A stretch of 63,984 bases of DNA, the filler included. It is 5 parts of 5 records of this genome, joined end to end, with 100 filler letters (N's around TTAATTAATTAA, not from the genome) between each part and the next. Parts side by side here need not be neighbours in the genome. Positions count along the whole stretch, not along the records: positions 22,722 to 45,794 come from DRR723986_5166; positions 45,895 to 56,932 come from DRR723986_5167; 3 more parts are not named here. The stretch is one strand, 5' to 3'. Below are positions 39,298 to 49,026 of the stretch, one piece after another. A model generated the notes under the pieces. The model did not search any database and was not told where the DNA came from. It was given only the letters and a program-made list of their open reading frames with translations. Made by a program: the position numbers and the translations under genes. Position 1 is the stretch's first letter. Every line of letters begins with the position of its first letter.

Positions 39298-39378
39298 AAA
39301 AGGCCTCGTGAAGCACGCTCCACGAGGCCCGATCAAGCTCCGTCACGGACTGGTCCGCTACAGCACTCAGTTTTCGCA
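39297..39378 (-). ncRNA. Predicted repABC counter-transcribed antisense RNA (ctRNA, incA-type)
   Basis: In the repB-repC gap. Minus-strand promoter TTGCGA-N17-TAAGCT (39413-39385) and minus-strand terminator GGCCTCGTG..CACGAGGCC + TTTTT (39329-39297). The 5' end is approximate. Confidence 0.7.
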
Positions 39379-39461
39379 CCTCTGAGCTTAGCCACCAGCC
39401 GCGTCTCTCGCAAGCGCAAAGCGTTCGCGAGCCGATCACGCTGTGCTTTCGTGATACCACG

Positions 39462-40613
39462 ATGCAATACACCCCCATTTCGCCGTTCAAGCGGCCCTTG
39501 ACCCCTGCCCATCTTTCGGAGCGGGCCCCCTGCCCTGTTGCCGTCGACAAATGGGTCGTGCTGCGCAACCTGACCGCGGCCCGCCATCACTTTGGCCTGA
39601 AAGAGCGGGTGTTGACCGTCCTTCAGGGGTTGCTCAGCTTTCATCCCAAACGGGAACTGGCGGGCGATACGGACATCGTGGTCTTCCCCTCGAACCTTGC
39701 CCTGTCCGAGCGGCTGAACGGCATGGCGCTGTCCACCCTGCGCCGTCATCTGGCCAAGCTCGTAGCCCTGGGCCTCATACTGCGCCGCGACAGCCCGAAC
39801 GGAAAACGCTACCGGCGCAAGGCGGCCTCGGGCGAGGTCGCCTTCGGGTTCGATCTCTCCCCCCTGCCCCGCCGCTTCGCGGAAATCGAACAGGCCGCCG
39901 CGGAAAGCGCGCAACAGGCCGCGCGGATCGCGCAACTGCGCGAAACCGTCAGCTTGATGCGCCGGGATCTTCTGGCTCTGGTCGACTTCGCGAACCAGCA
40001 TGGCGGCGCCGCCGATGGCTGGGACGCCGCGACGGATCTTGCCAGCCTGACCGCAAGGTCGCTGCGCCGGAAGCTCTCGGAAGGTGAGCTTTTGACCATG
40101 CAGGCCGCGTTGGCAGAGGCCTTGGAGACCGCCAACAAGGCTGTGGACATGCGTCGCCAGACAGAGAATCCGAGCACCAGTGACGCTGAAATCGGGCGTC
40201 ACTATCAGAATTCAAATAAAGAACATTTTGAATCTGAAAGCGCCAAGCCTCTGCCCGAACAGGCTGCAACGCCTGACCGCAAACCACCCGCGTTGCGCTT
40301 GAATGGCGTGTTGTCCTCTTGCCCCGAGATCCAGGCCTTTTCCGACGAACCTATCCACCAATGGGGGCAGTTCTGCGCCATTGCAGCCGTGGTCCGGAAA
40401 GGAATGGGGATCGACGATCGAACCTGGCAGCACGCCCGAGAATGCTTGGGAGAGATGCAAAGCTCTGTCGTCGTCGCGGCCATGCTGGAGCGGTTCTCCC
40501 AAATCCGCTCGCCCGGAGCCTACCTGCGGCAGCTTGCCAACAAGGCATCCGCAGGACGGTTCACGGTGGAACCGATGCTGGCTGCTCTCGGCGCGCACCG
40601 AGCGGTGACTTAA
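39462..40613 (+). CDS. repC: Plasmid replication initiator RepC
   Basis: VVFPSN..L..R..GM..STLRRHL, RRDSPNGKRY, FGFDLSPL and IRSPGAYLR; internal AT-rich patch at 40201-40240. Confidence 0.95.
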   Translation: MQYTPISPFKRPLTPAHLSERAPCPVAVDKWVVLRNLTAARHHFGLKERVLTVLQGLLSFHPKRELAGDTDIVVFPSNLALSERLNGMALSTLRRHLAKLVALGLILRRDSPNGKRYRRKAASGEVAFGFDLSPLPRRFAEIEQAAAESAQQAARIAQLRETVSLMRRDLLALVDFANQHGGAADGWDAATDLASLTARSLRRKLSEGELLTMQAALAEALETANKAVDMRRQTENPSTSDAEIGRHYQNSNKEHFESESAKPLPEQAATPDRKPPALRLNGVLSSCPEIQAFSDEPIHQWGQFCAIAAVVRKGMGIDDRTWQHARECLGEMQSSVVVAAMLERFSQIRSPGAYLRQLANKASAGRFTVEPMLAALGAHRAVT

Positions 40614-40625
40614 CAGCTGTTAAGT
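40608..40625. promoter_or_regulatory. parS-like centromere palindrome of the repABC module
   Basis: Perfect 18-bp palindrome ACTTAACAGCTGTTAAGT overlapping the repC stop codon. Confidence 0.75.
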
Positions 40626-40769
40626 GGCGCGCTGGCCTTGGATGCGAGGTCGTCGTCACCATTGTAGGAGCTGCGATTGTTGAGGTGACGAACTCTTCCC
40701 GGTTACATCGCTCTTAGAGGGATTTCCGGTGAATCCTGCGCGCAAACTACCCCGTCCAACTGGCTGGTT

Positions 40770-41981
40770 TCAGTCACCGCCGCCAAGCACTCCGCTTGCG
40801 ATCAGCGCCTCTATCTCGCCGTCCTCCAGCCCGGCGAAGCGCAGCGCCTCACGCCCGCCCGACCCAAGCTCCGGGGTCGCATGGCGCACCTGCAGCGGCG
40901 TGCGGGAGAACTTCACCGGGAAGCCGATCATGCCCACCTCGCCCCGGCCCTCGTGGGGTACGCGCAGCACCATGTCCTGCGCCGCCACCTGCGGATCTGT
41001 CAGCGCCTCGGTCATGGTTTGCACCCGACCGGAGGGTACGCCCGCCGCATTCAGCCGCGCGATCCACCCTTCTTGCGTGTCCTGTGCCAGACTGTCGTTG
41101 ATCAGGGCGTTCAGTTCCGCCCGGTGCCGCAGCCGCATCTCATTAGACGCAAAACGCGGATCGTCGAGAAGATGAGCCAGACCGATCTCGCCAAGGAATT
41201 TCGCAACGATGCGGTCCGTCGAAGGCGCCACGGCGATGTCGCCGTCGGCGGCACGAAACAGGCCATAGGGCGAGGCGATGGGGTGGTCGTTGCCCGTGGG
41301 GACCGGGTCGCGCCCGGTCGCAAGCGCGTTGGAAGTGAGATAGGCCATCATCGACAGCATGGACATCATCATCGACGCCTCGACCCGCTGCGCTGGCCCG
41401 CCATTCTCGCGCCCCCGCAGCGCCGCCACGGCCCCGAGGGCGGCGTAAAGACCCGCCACGAGATCGGTGATCGGCGGCGCGGTGCGCAGGGGGCCGGTGT
41501 CCGGCGTGCCGTTGGTCGCCATGTAGCCGGACATGGCCTGCGCGATGAAATCGAAGGCCGGGCGATCCGCGTAGGGTCCCGTGCTGCCGTAGCCATTGAC
41601 GCTGACCACGATCAGGGCCGGGTTGATCTCGCGCAGGCGTTCCTCGGTCAGACCCATGCGGTCGAGGATCCCGGGCCGGAAGTTCTCCGTCAGGATATCG
41701 GCGCCGGCCAGCATCCGTTCCAGCACGGCGACGCCCTCGGGCTTGCGCAAGTCGAGTTCGATCGAGGTCTTGTTGCGGTTGAACCCGGCAAAGTACCACG
41801 ACACCCCCTCGACCTTGTGGCCCTGCTTGCGGACCGGATCGCCACCCGGCGCCTCGACCTTGACGACATCGGCGCCGAGATCGCCCAGAAGCATCGAGCA
41901 GAAGGGGCCGGAGAGGATGCGCGTCAGGTCGATGACGCGCACGCCGGACAGCGGAAGGGCAGGGGCGGTCACGGTGCTCAT
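40770..41981 (-). CDS. CaiB/BaiF family III CoA-transferase
   Basis: DLTRILSGP, DLGADVVKVE, NRNKTS, ENFRPG and PAFD. Confidence 0.92.
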   Translation of the reverse strand: MSTVTAPALPLSGVRVIDLTRILSGPFCSMLLGDLGADVVKVEAPGGDPVRKQGHKVEGVSWYFAGFNRNKTSIELDLRKPEGVAVLERMLAGADILTENFRPGILDRMGLTEERLREINPALIVVSVNGYGSTGPYADRPAFDFIAQAMSGYMATNGTPDTGPLRTAPPITDLVAGLYAALGAVAALRGRENGGPAQRVEASMMMSMLSMMAYLTSNALATGRDPVPTGNDHPIASPYGLFRAADGDIAVAPSTDRIVAKFLGEIGLAHLLDDPRFASNEMRLRHRAELNALINDSLAQDTQEGWIARLNAAGVPSGRVQTMTEALTDPQVAAQDMVLRVPHEGRGEVGMIGFPVKFSRTPLQVRHATPELGSGGREALRFAGLEDGEIEALIASGVLGGGD

Positions 41982-42934
41982 CCGGCGGCCGTCACGGTCA
42001 GCTTCGGATCGTGTCTCTTCAACCGGGGTCCGGCCTTCAGCACCTGCCCGGGCAGGGCGCGGCCGATCTGATCTTGCGTGAGGGTCGCAGCCTCGATCAG
42101 CCGGTCGAGGTCCACGCCGGTCTCATAGCCGCTTTCCTGCAGCAGGTAGACGAGGTCCTCGGTGCAGATGTTGCCCGTGGCCCCGGCGGCGAAGGGGCAG
42201 CCACCAAGCCCGCCGACGGCGGCGTCGTAATGGGTCACGCCCTCCGCCAGCCCGGTCATGACGCAGGCCAGCCCGACGCCCCGGGTGTTGTGGAAATGCA
42301 GGTGGATCTCCAGCCCCGGCGCGGCCTCGCGGATGGCGCGGATCGCCGCGCGCACCGTCTGCGGCGTGGCCATGCCGGTTGTGTCGCCCAGCGAGACGCT
42401 GTCGGCGCCAAGCTCCTGGTAGCGGCGGGCGATGCGGGCGACCTGTTCGGGCGGGACGATGCCTTCGAAGGGGCAGCCGAAGGCCGTGGCCATGCCGCCC
42501 TCGACCCCGATGCCGGCGGCCTTGAGCACGGCAAAGACCGCCTCGAATTCGTCGAGGGACTGGTCGACGGGGCGGTTTACGTTCTTCAGGTTGTGCGTCT
42601 CGGAGGCGGACACCACGGTGTGCACCGCATCGAGCTTGCAGCCTGCCGCGCGCTCCGCCCCGCGCAGGTTGGGCACCAGAGCGGTGATCCATGCGTCATC
42701 CGGGCGGTCGATCCCGGCAAGAACCTCTTCGGCGTCCGCAAGCTGCGGCACGGCACGCGGGCTGACGAAGGACGTCACCTGCATGTGCCTGAGACCACTG
42801 GCGAAGAGCGCGTTCGCGATCTCGATCTTGCGGGCGGTCGGGATGAAGGCCTTTTCGTTCTGAAAGCCGTCGCGCGGGCCAACCTCGCAAACGGTGATCC
42901 GGCTGCCTTCGGGCACGGGGGCAGGGCTGGTCAT
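41978..42934 (-). CDS. HMG-CoA lyase-family (DRE-TIM) acyl-CoA lyase
   Basis: EVGPRDGFQNE, GDTTG, HFHNTRG and GGLGGCPFA..ATGN; ATGA overlap with the CoA-transferase. Confidence 0.9.
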   Translation of the reverse strand: MTSPAPVPEGSRITVCEVGPRDGFQNEKAFIPTARKIEIANALFASGLRHMQVTSFVSPRAVPQLADAEEVLAGIDRPDDAWITALVPNLRGAERAAGCKLDAVHTVVSASETHNLKNVNRPVDQSLDEFEAVFAVLKAAGIGVEGGMATAFGCPFEGIVPPEQVARIARRYQELGADSVSLGDTTGMATPQTVRAAIRAIREAAPGLEIHLHFHNTRGVGLACVMTGLAEGVTHYDAAVGGLGGCPFAAGATGNICTEDLVYLLQESGYETGVDLDRLIEAATLTQDQIGRALPGQVLKAGPRLKRHDPKLTVTAAG

Positions 42935-43238
42935 GGTGCGATCCTTTTCCTCGGGGCCACCGCCTGGGTGACATGTCGCGCCATTGATGACAAATCACAG
43001 GACCCGTCCACAAGGGGCTTTGACGCCAGGACCCGGGGTGGCCCGGCCGCATGACGGTATACGATCGGCCATGGTTTTTGGTAAGTCATTGAATGGAAAT
43101 GATAAATATTCGGATGAAGGTCTCTTTTGAACCTCTCCCTGTTCGGAAGAGGCGATTTTGAACGGGCTCGCCCGCCGCATCCGCTTGCAAAGCCGCGAAA
43201 CTTGTCCTTTCCTCACGCCACTTCAGGGAGGAGTAAAC

Positions 43239-44210
43239 ATGAAGAAACTCACGCTCACTGCGGCCACCCTCGGCATGGCCCTGTCCGTCGGCCTGTCGGG
43301 TGCGGCACCCGCGCAGGCAGCCGAATGCATCGCCCCGTCCAACCCGGGCGGCGGCTGGGATTTCACCTGCCGCACCATCGGCCGCATCCTGACCGAGCTC
43401 GACCTCGTAAAGGGCAACGTGCAGGTCACCAACATGCCGGGCGGGGTCGGTGCCGTGACCTATGCCATGGTCGTGAACGAGCGTCCCTCGGATGCCGAGC
43501 TGATCGTCGCCACGTCGACCGTGGGCATCACGCAGATCGCGCAGGGCCGCTATCCGGCGCCCGTCGACGCGGTGCGCTATCTGGGGATGCTGGGCGCTGA
43601 CGTCGGCGTGATCGCGGTGGATGACGAAAGCCCGATCCAGTCGCTGGAGGACCTGACCAAGATCATGGCCGAGGACCCCGCGTCCATCGTGACCGCAGGA
43701 TCTTCGGGCGCCGGGGGCTGGGACCACATCCGCCTGCTGATGGTGGCACGCGAGGGCGGCCTCGACAGCCTCGGCGACCTGCGCTGGGTTCAGTTCGATG
43801 GCGGCACCGATGCGGTGACGCAGATGATGGGCGGCCAGATCGACGTCGTCTCGACCGACATGGGCGAAATCGCGGGCTTCGTGGAATCCGGTGACATCCG
43901 CATCCTCGCGGCGCTGTCCGACGAGCCGATCCCGGCCTTCCCGGACATCCCGACCGCCAAGTCGCAGGGCATCGACGTGACCGGCTACAACTGGCGCGGC
44001 CTCTACACCGGCGGCGACGTCTCGGACGAGGACTATGCCGCATGGGTCGAGAAGCTGGAGACGCTCTACAACTCCGAGAACTGGCAGACGGCGGCGGTGG
44101 AATTCGGTCTCGTGCCGATCTGGCGCGGCGGCGAAGAGTTCACGGCCTATGTCATGGAACAGGAAAAGGCCATGGCTGATATCTCGCGCGATATCGGCAT
44201 CATTCAATGA
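43239..44210 (+). CDS. tctC: TTT substrate-binding protein TctC (canonical citrate-type subfamily)
   Basis: Signal peptide, ECIAPSNPGGGWDFTCR and NMPGGVG; GGAGG RBS. Confidence 0.9.
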   Translation: MKKLTLTAATLGMALSVGLSGAAPAQAAECIAPSNPGGGWDFTCRTIGRILTELDLVKGNVQVTNMPGGVGAVTYAMVVNERPSDAELIVATSTVGITQIAQGRYPAPVDAVRYLGMLGADVGVIAVDDESPIQSLEDLTKIMAEDPASIVTAGSSGAGGWDHIRLLMVAREGGLDSLGDLRWVQFDGGTDAVTQMMGGQIDVVSTDMGEIAGFVESGDIRILAALSDEPIPAFPDIPTAKSQGIDVTGYNWRGLYTGGDVSDEDYAAWVEKLETLYNSENWQTAAVEFGLVPIWRGGEEFTAYVMEQEKAMADISRDIGIIQ

Positions 44211-44638
44211 CGGTGAGACTGGCCGGCGTCGCGATCTTTGTGATCGCGGCGCTTTATACCTGGTACGGGCAGGGCTACGTCGCCAACTTCGGTGACGTGC
44301 TGGGGCCGGCGGTCTTTCCGATGATCGTGGGCATTCCGGCGATGATCCTTGCGGCCTCGCTGGTGGTCTTCCCCTCGGGAGAGGTTCACTGGCCGGACCG
44401 GCGCCACATGGCGCGGCAGGCGGCGGCTTTGGCGATCTTGATCGGCTATGCCTTCCTTCTGCTGCCGCTGGGCTTTCCGCTGGCGACCTTCGGGCTGATT
44501 GCCGGGCTGGGCATCGTGCTGGGCGGCACCGTGGCCAAATCCCTGCTTCTGGCGGCGGTCATCGCGCCGGGGCTCTGGGCGCTCTTCGATCAGGTTCTGG
44601 GGCTGCCGCTGGCCGTGCTGGGCCGCTGGTTCGGCTGA
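44207..44638 (+). CDS. tctB: TTT small membrane subunit TctB
   Basis: LGPAVFP, about 4 TM segments, LFDQVLGLPL. Confidence 0.85.
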   Translation: MTVRLAGVAIFVIAALYTWYGQGYVANFGDVLGPAVFPMIVGIPAMILAASLVVFPSGEVHWPDRRHMARQAAALAILIGYAFLLLPLGFPLATFGLIAGLGIVLGGTVAKSLLLAAVIAPGLWALFDQVLGLPLAVLGRWFG

Positions 44639-44701
44639 TCTCGGGACATTCCCGCCCCGGTCCGGGGCAGGGCATCGCAAAACGCAGGACATCGCGCACC
44701 C

Positions 44702-45794
44702 ATGGAAACCTTCTCACTGCTCGCACAGGGCTTCGGCGTGGCGCTGACGCCGCTGAACATCGCGCTTTTGCTGCTGGGCTGTTTCGCCGGAACCCTGATC
44801 GGAGCCCTGCCGGGCCTTGGTCCCGTCAATGGCGTGGCGATCCTGATTCCGCTGACCTTCGCCTTCGGCTTCGACGCCACCTCGTCGTTGATCCTGCTGT
44901 CCTCGGTCTATTTCGGCTGCATGTATGGTGGGCGGATTTCGTCCATCCTGCTCAACATCCCCGGTGACGAGCCGGCGGTGATGACCACGCTGGACGGCTA
45001 TCCCATGGCGCAGCAGGGCAGGGCGGCGGATGCGCTTGCGATCTCCGGCGTCGCCAGCTTCTTCGGGGCCACGGTGGCGGTGATCGGCCTGACGCTGTTC
45101 GCGCCGATGCTGGCGCGCATGGCGATCTACTTCGGCCCGGCGGATTACTTCGCGCTGTATATCCTGGCCTTCGTCACCATCGGGGGCATCGCCGGCGTGG
45201 ACCCGCGCAAGACGCTGCTGTCGGCGCTGCTGGGCCTGATGATCGCGACCATCGGACTCGATCCGATATCGGGGATCCCGCGCTACACCGGCAACAATTA
45301 CCACATCTACGACGGCGTGGACGCCATCGTCGCGCTGGTCGGCCTGTTCGCCATCTCGGAAATCCTGATGCTGCTGGAAAAGGCCGCGAAGGACCGCACC
45401 AAGCCCATCGGCATCGACAGCTGGATCCCGGATTTCCGCGCCATCTGGATGACCCGCTGGGCCATCCTGCGCGGCTCTGTCGTGGGCTTCGTCGCGGGCG
45501 TGCTGCCCGGGGCAGGGGCCTCGCTGGGGTCGGTCATGGCCTATTCGATGGAAAAGCAGACCAGCGACAAGGACGGCACCTTCGGCAAGGGCGACCCGCG
45601 CGGCGTCGCGGCACCAGAGGCGGGCAACAACGCGGCCTCTGGCGGGGCGCTGATCCCGATGCTGTCGCTGGGGGTGCCGGGGTCCGGTACGACGGCGGTC
45701 ATGCTGGCCATGCTCATCAGCCTGAACGTCCAGCCCGGCCCGCTGCTCTTCGAACGCCAGCCCGACCTCGTCTGGGGCCTCGTCGCGTCGCTCT
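44702..45794 (+). CDS. tctA: TTT large membrane subunit TctA, 3'-truncated
   Basis: GALPGLGPVNG, YGGRISSILLNIPG and APEAGNNA. Confidence 0.92.
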
Positions 45795-45894
45795 NNNNNN
45801 NNNNNNNNNNNNNNNNNNNNNNNNNNNNNNNNNNNNNNTTAATTAATTAANNNNNNNNNNNNNNNNNNNNNNNNNNNNNNNNNNNNNNNNNNNN
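45795..45894. other. Artificial contig spacer
   Basis: N44-TTAATTAATTAA-N44. Confidence 0.99.
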
Positions 45895-46437
45895 ACGCCG
45901 AAGTCGCTTCTGCGTCACAAGCTGGCCACCTCCTCGCTGGACGACATGAGCTCGAAAACGAGCTTCCACCGCGTTCTCTGGGACGATGCGGAGACCGAAG
46001 GCCGCGAGGGCAAGGTCAAGCTGGTCAAGGACAACAAGATCCGCCGCGTCGTGCTCTGTTCGGGCAAGGTCTATTACGACCTCTTCGAGAAGCGCGAGGA
46101 ACTGGGCGTCGACGATGTCTACCTGATGCGGATCGAACAGTTCTATCCGGTGCCGCGCAAATCCATGATGCAGGAAATGTCCCGCTTCAAGCAGGCCGAG
46201 TTCGTCTGGTGCCAGGAAGAGCCGCGCAATATGGGCGGCTGGACCTTCATCCGCGACGAGATCGAGTGGTGTGCCACGCAGATCGGTGCCAAGATCCCGC
46301 GTCCGCGCTATGCGGGCCGCGCGCCTTCGGCGGCCACGGCCACCGGCCTCCTGTCGAAGCACAATGCAGAGCAGAACGCCCTCGTCACGACAGCCCTGTC
46401 ACCCGATCCGGTCGATGACCGCATCGTTTCGCCCTGA
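45895..46437 (+). CDS. sucA: 2-oxoglutarate dehydrogenase E1, C-terminal part
   Basis: [21 protein letters not shown] and [10 protein letters not shown]. Confidence 0.95.
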   Translation, partial: TPKSLLRHKLATSSLDDMSSKTSFHRVLWDDAETEGREGKVKLVKDNKIRRVVLCSGKVYYDLFEKREELGVDDVYLMRIEQFYPVPRKSMMQEMSRFKQAEFVWCQEEPRNMGGWTFIRDEIEWCATQIGAKIPRPRYAGRAPSAATATGLLSKHNAEQNALVTTALSPDPVDDRIVSP

Positions 46438-46472
46438 CTTTCAAAAACATAATAACGCATACGGATCATCTC

Positions 46473-47978
46473 ATGACCGACATTACAGTCCCTACGCTTG
46501 GCGAAAGCATCACCGAGGCCACGGTTGGCCAGTGGCTGAAAGCCAAGGGCGATGCTGTGAAGAAAGACGACGTGCTCGTGGAGCTTGAGACCGACAAGGT
46601 TTCCGTCGAAGTGTCCGCCACCGAAGACGGCGTGCTGGGCGAAATCCTCGCGCAGCCGGGCGACACGGTTGAAATCGGCGCCCTGCTGGGCCGTCTCGAA
46701 GGCGGGGCAGGCGGGTCGAAGCCGGCGCCGGCTGCTGCTGCGCCTGCCAAGGAAGAGGCAAAGCCTGCTGCCGCGCCGGCTGCTTCCGGCGGTGGCTCGA
46801 CGGACATCGTGGTGCCGGTGATGGGCGAGAGCGTCGCCGAAGGCACGCTGTCCACCTTCCTCAAGCAGCCGGGCGATAAGGTGAAGAAAGACGAAACCAT
46901 CGCAGAAATCGAAACCGACAAGGTCGCCCTCGAAGTGCCGGCTCCGGCCGATGGCGTGATCGCCGAATGGACGGTGGCTGAAGGCACCTCCGTGACGCCG
47001 GGTTCCGTGATCGGACGGGTCAGCGCGTCTGCAGGGGCTTCGGCTGCACCGACTGCAGCTGCGCCGGTCCCGAAAGCATCTTCCCCGGCAGCTGCCTCGG
47101 GCGACCGTCCGGTGGCGCCGTCGGTCCGCCGTATCTCGGCTGAGGCCGGGGTCGATCCTCAGAACATTCCAGGCACGGGCCGCGACGGCCGCGCCACAAA
47201 GGCTGATGCTATGGCATATGTGAATGCACCGAAAGTCCCGGCGGCTGCGCCGGCCCAGAGCGCTCCGCGCGAGACCGGTCCACGAGAAGAGCGTGTGCGG
47301 ATGACCCGCCTGCGCCAGACCATCGCGCGCCGCCTGAAAGAGGCCCAGGACACTGCCGCCATGCTGACGACGTTCAACGACGTCGACATGGGCGCCATCA
47401 TGGACCTGCGGAAGAAGCATCAGGAAAGCTTCGTCGCCAAGCACGGCATCAAGCTGGGCTTCATGAGCTTCTTCGTGAAAGCCTGCGTCAACGCGCTGAA
47501 AGAGGTTCCGGCGGTCAATGCCGAGATCGATGGCCAGGACATCATCTACAAGAACTATTATGACATCGGCGTTGCGGTCGGCACGGAAAAAGGCCTCGTG
47601 GTCCCGGTCGTGCGCGACTCCGACGACATGTCTCTTGCTGGTATCGAGAAGGCGATTGCCAATCTCGGCAAGAAGGCCCGCGACGGCGAGCTGACCATTG
47701 GCGACATGCAGGGCGGCACGTTCACCATCTCGAACGGCGGCATCTATGGCTCGCTGATGTCGACGCCGATCCTGAACCCGCCGCAGTCCGGCGTGCTGGG
47801 CATGCACCGCATCGAACAGCGCCCGGTCGTCGTGAATGGCGAGATCAAGATCCGCCCCATGATGTATCTTGCGCTGTCCTATGACCACCGTATCGTCGAC
47901 GGCAAGGAAGCCGTGACCTTCTTGGTCCGCGTCAAGGAAGCGCTGGAAGATCCGGAGCGCATGCTGCTGGAAGTCTGA
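46473..47978 (+). CDS. sucB: Dihydrolipoyllysine succinyltransferase E2 with two lipoyl domains
   Basis: Two ETDKV lipoylation motifs; catalytic YDHRIVDG. Confidence 0.95.
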   Translation: MTDITVPTLGESITEATVGQWLKAKGDAVKKDDVLVELETDKVSVEVSATEDGVLGEILAQPGDTVEIGALLGRLEGGAGGSKPAPAAAAPAKEEAKPAAAPAASGGGSTDIVVPVMGESVAEGTLSTFLKQPGDKVKKDETIAEIETDKVALEVPAPADGVIAEWTVAEGTSVTPGSVIGRVSASAGASAAPTAAAPVPKASSPAAASGDRPVAPSVRRISAEAGVDPQNIPGTGRDGRATKADAMAYVNAPKVPAAAPAQSAPRETGPREERVRMTRLRQTIARRLKEAQDTAAMLTTFNDVDMGAIMDLRKKHQESFVAKHGIKLGFMSFFVKACVNALKEVPAVNAEIDGQDIIYKNYYDIGVAVGTEKGLVVPVVRDSDDMSLAGIEKAIANLGKKARDGELTIGDMQGGTFTISNGGIYGSLMSTPILNPPQSGVLGMHRIEQRPVVVNGEIKIRPMMYLALSYDHRIVDGKEAVTFLVRVKEALEDPERMLLEV

Positions 47979-48000
47979 TCCGTCAGGCACAGTTGATTTC

Positions 48001-48035
48001 AAAAGCCCTCCCGCACCCCGGGAGGGCTTTTTTTT
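48001..48035 (+). terminator. Intrinsic terminator after sucB
   Basis: AAAAGCCCTCCCG-cacc-CGGGAGGGCTTTTTTTT. Confidence 0.85.
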
Positions 48036-48144
48036 GTCATCAGGGGGTCTTCACGATAGGTTGAGCGGGCCTGATCGCCCGGGACCTTGCATTGCGCGGC
48101 GCGCGCCACAGCTTAAGCTGAACCAAAACGCAGGAAGGAACGCC

Positions 48145-49026
48145 ATGACCGATCCCACTTACACGCCGCCGAAAGTCTGGACCTGGGACAAGGCCAGCGG
48201 CGGCCGCTTCGCGAATATCAACCGCCCCATCGCAGGACCGACGCATGACAAGGAGCTGCCGGTCGGCAAGCATCCCTTCCAGCTCTATTCGCTCGGTACG
48301 CCGAATGGCGTGAAGGTCACGATCATGTTCGAAGAGCTGCTCGAGGCCGGCCACAAGGACGCCGAGTATGATGCATGGCTGATCAATATCGGGGAAGGGG
48401 ACCAGTTCGGCTCCGGCTTTGTCGATATCAACCCGAACTCGAAGATCCCGGCGCTGATGGACCATTCCACCACTCCGCCGACGCGGCTGTTCGAATCCGG
48501 CTCCATGCTGATTTACCTTGCCGAGAAGTTCGGCGCTTTCCTGCCAAAGGATCACAACAAGCGCGCCGAGACGATCAACTGGCTGATGTGGCAGATGGGA
48601 TCTGCCCCGTTCCTGGGCGGCGGCTTCGGCCATTTCTATGCCTATGCGCCGGAGAAATATGAATACCCGATCAACCGCTACGCCATGGAAGTGAAGCGCC
48701 AGCTGGACGTGCTGGACCGGAACCTCAAGGACCGTGAGTACATGGCCGGTGACGAATACACCATCGCCGACATGGCGATCTGGCCCTGGTATGGCGCGCT
48801 GGTCACCGGTGCGGTGTATGACGCGGGCGAATTCCTGCAGGTACAGGAATACACCAATGTCATCCGCTGGATGAAGCAGGTTGGGGCAAGACCCGCCGTG
48901 CGCCGCGGCCAGATGGTAAACCGCACTTTCGGCAAGCCGGAAAGCCAGCTGCGTGAACGTCACGATGCCAGCGATTTCGACACGAAAACGCAGGACAAGC
49001 TGGAAGCAGAAAAGGCGGGTGAATGA
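48145..49026 (+). CDS. yghU: Glutathione-dependent disulfide oxidoreductase YghU (Nu-class GST)
   Basis: YTPPKVWTW, LPVGKHPFQLYSLGTPNGVK, NPNSKIPAL and LRERHDASDF. Confidence 0.92.
   Translation: MTDPTYTPPKVWTWDKASGGRFANINRPIAGPTHDKELPVGKHPFQLYSLGTPNGVKVTIMFEELLEAGHKDAEYDAWLINIGEGDQFGSGFVDINPNSKIPALMDHSTTPPTRLFESGSMLIYLAEKFGAFLPKDHNKRAETINWLMWQMGSAPFLGGGFGHFYAYAPEKYEYPINRYAMEVKRQLDVLDRNLKDREYMAGDEYTIADMAIWPWYGALVTGAVYDAGEFLQVQEYTNVIRWMKQVGARPAVRRGQMVNRTFGKPESQLRERHDASDFDTKTQDKLEAEKAGE

Noticed and set aside
43085..43115. AT-rich GAAATGATAAATATTC upstream of the second tctC, resembling a Fur box
   Set aside because: Only a partial match with weak symmetry; the neighbouring genes are not iron-related and no cognate regulator can be assigned.
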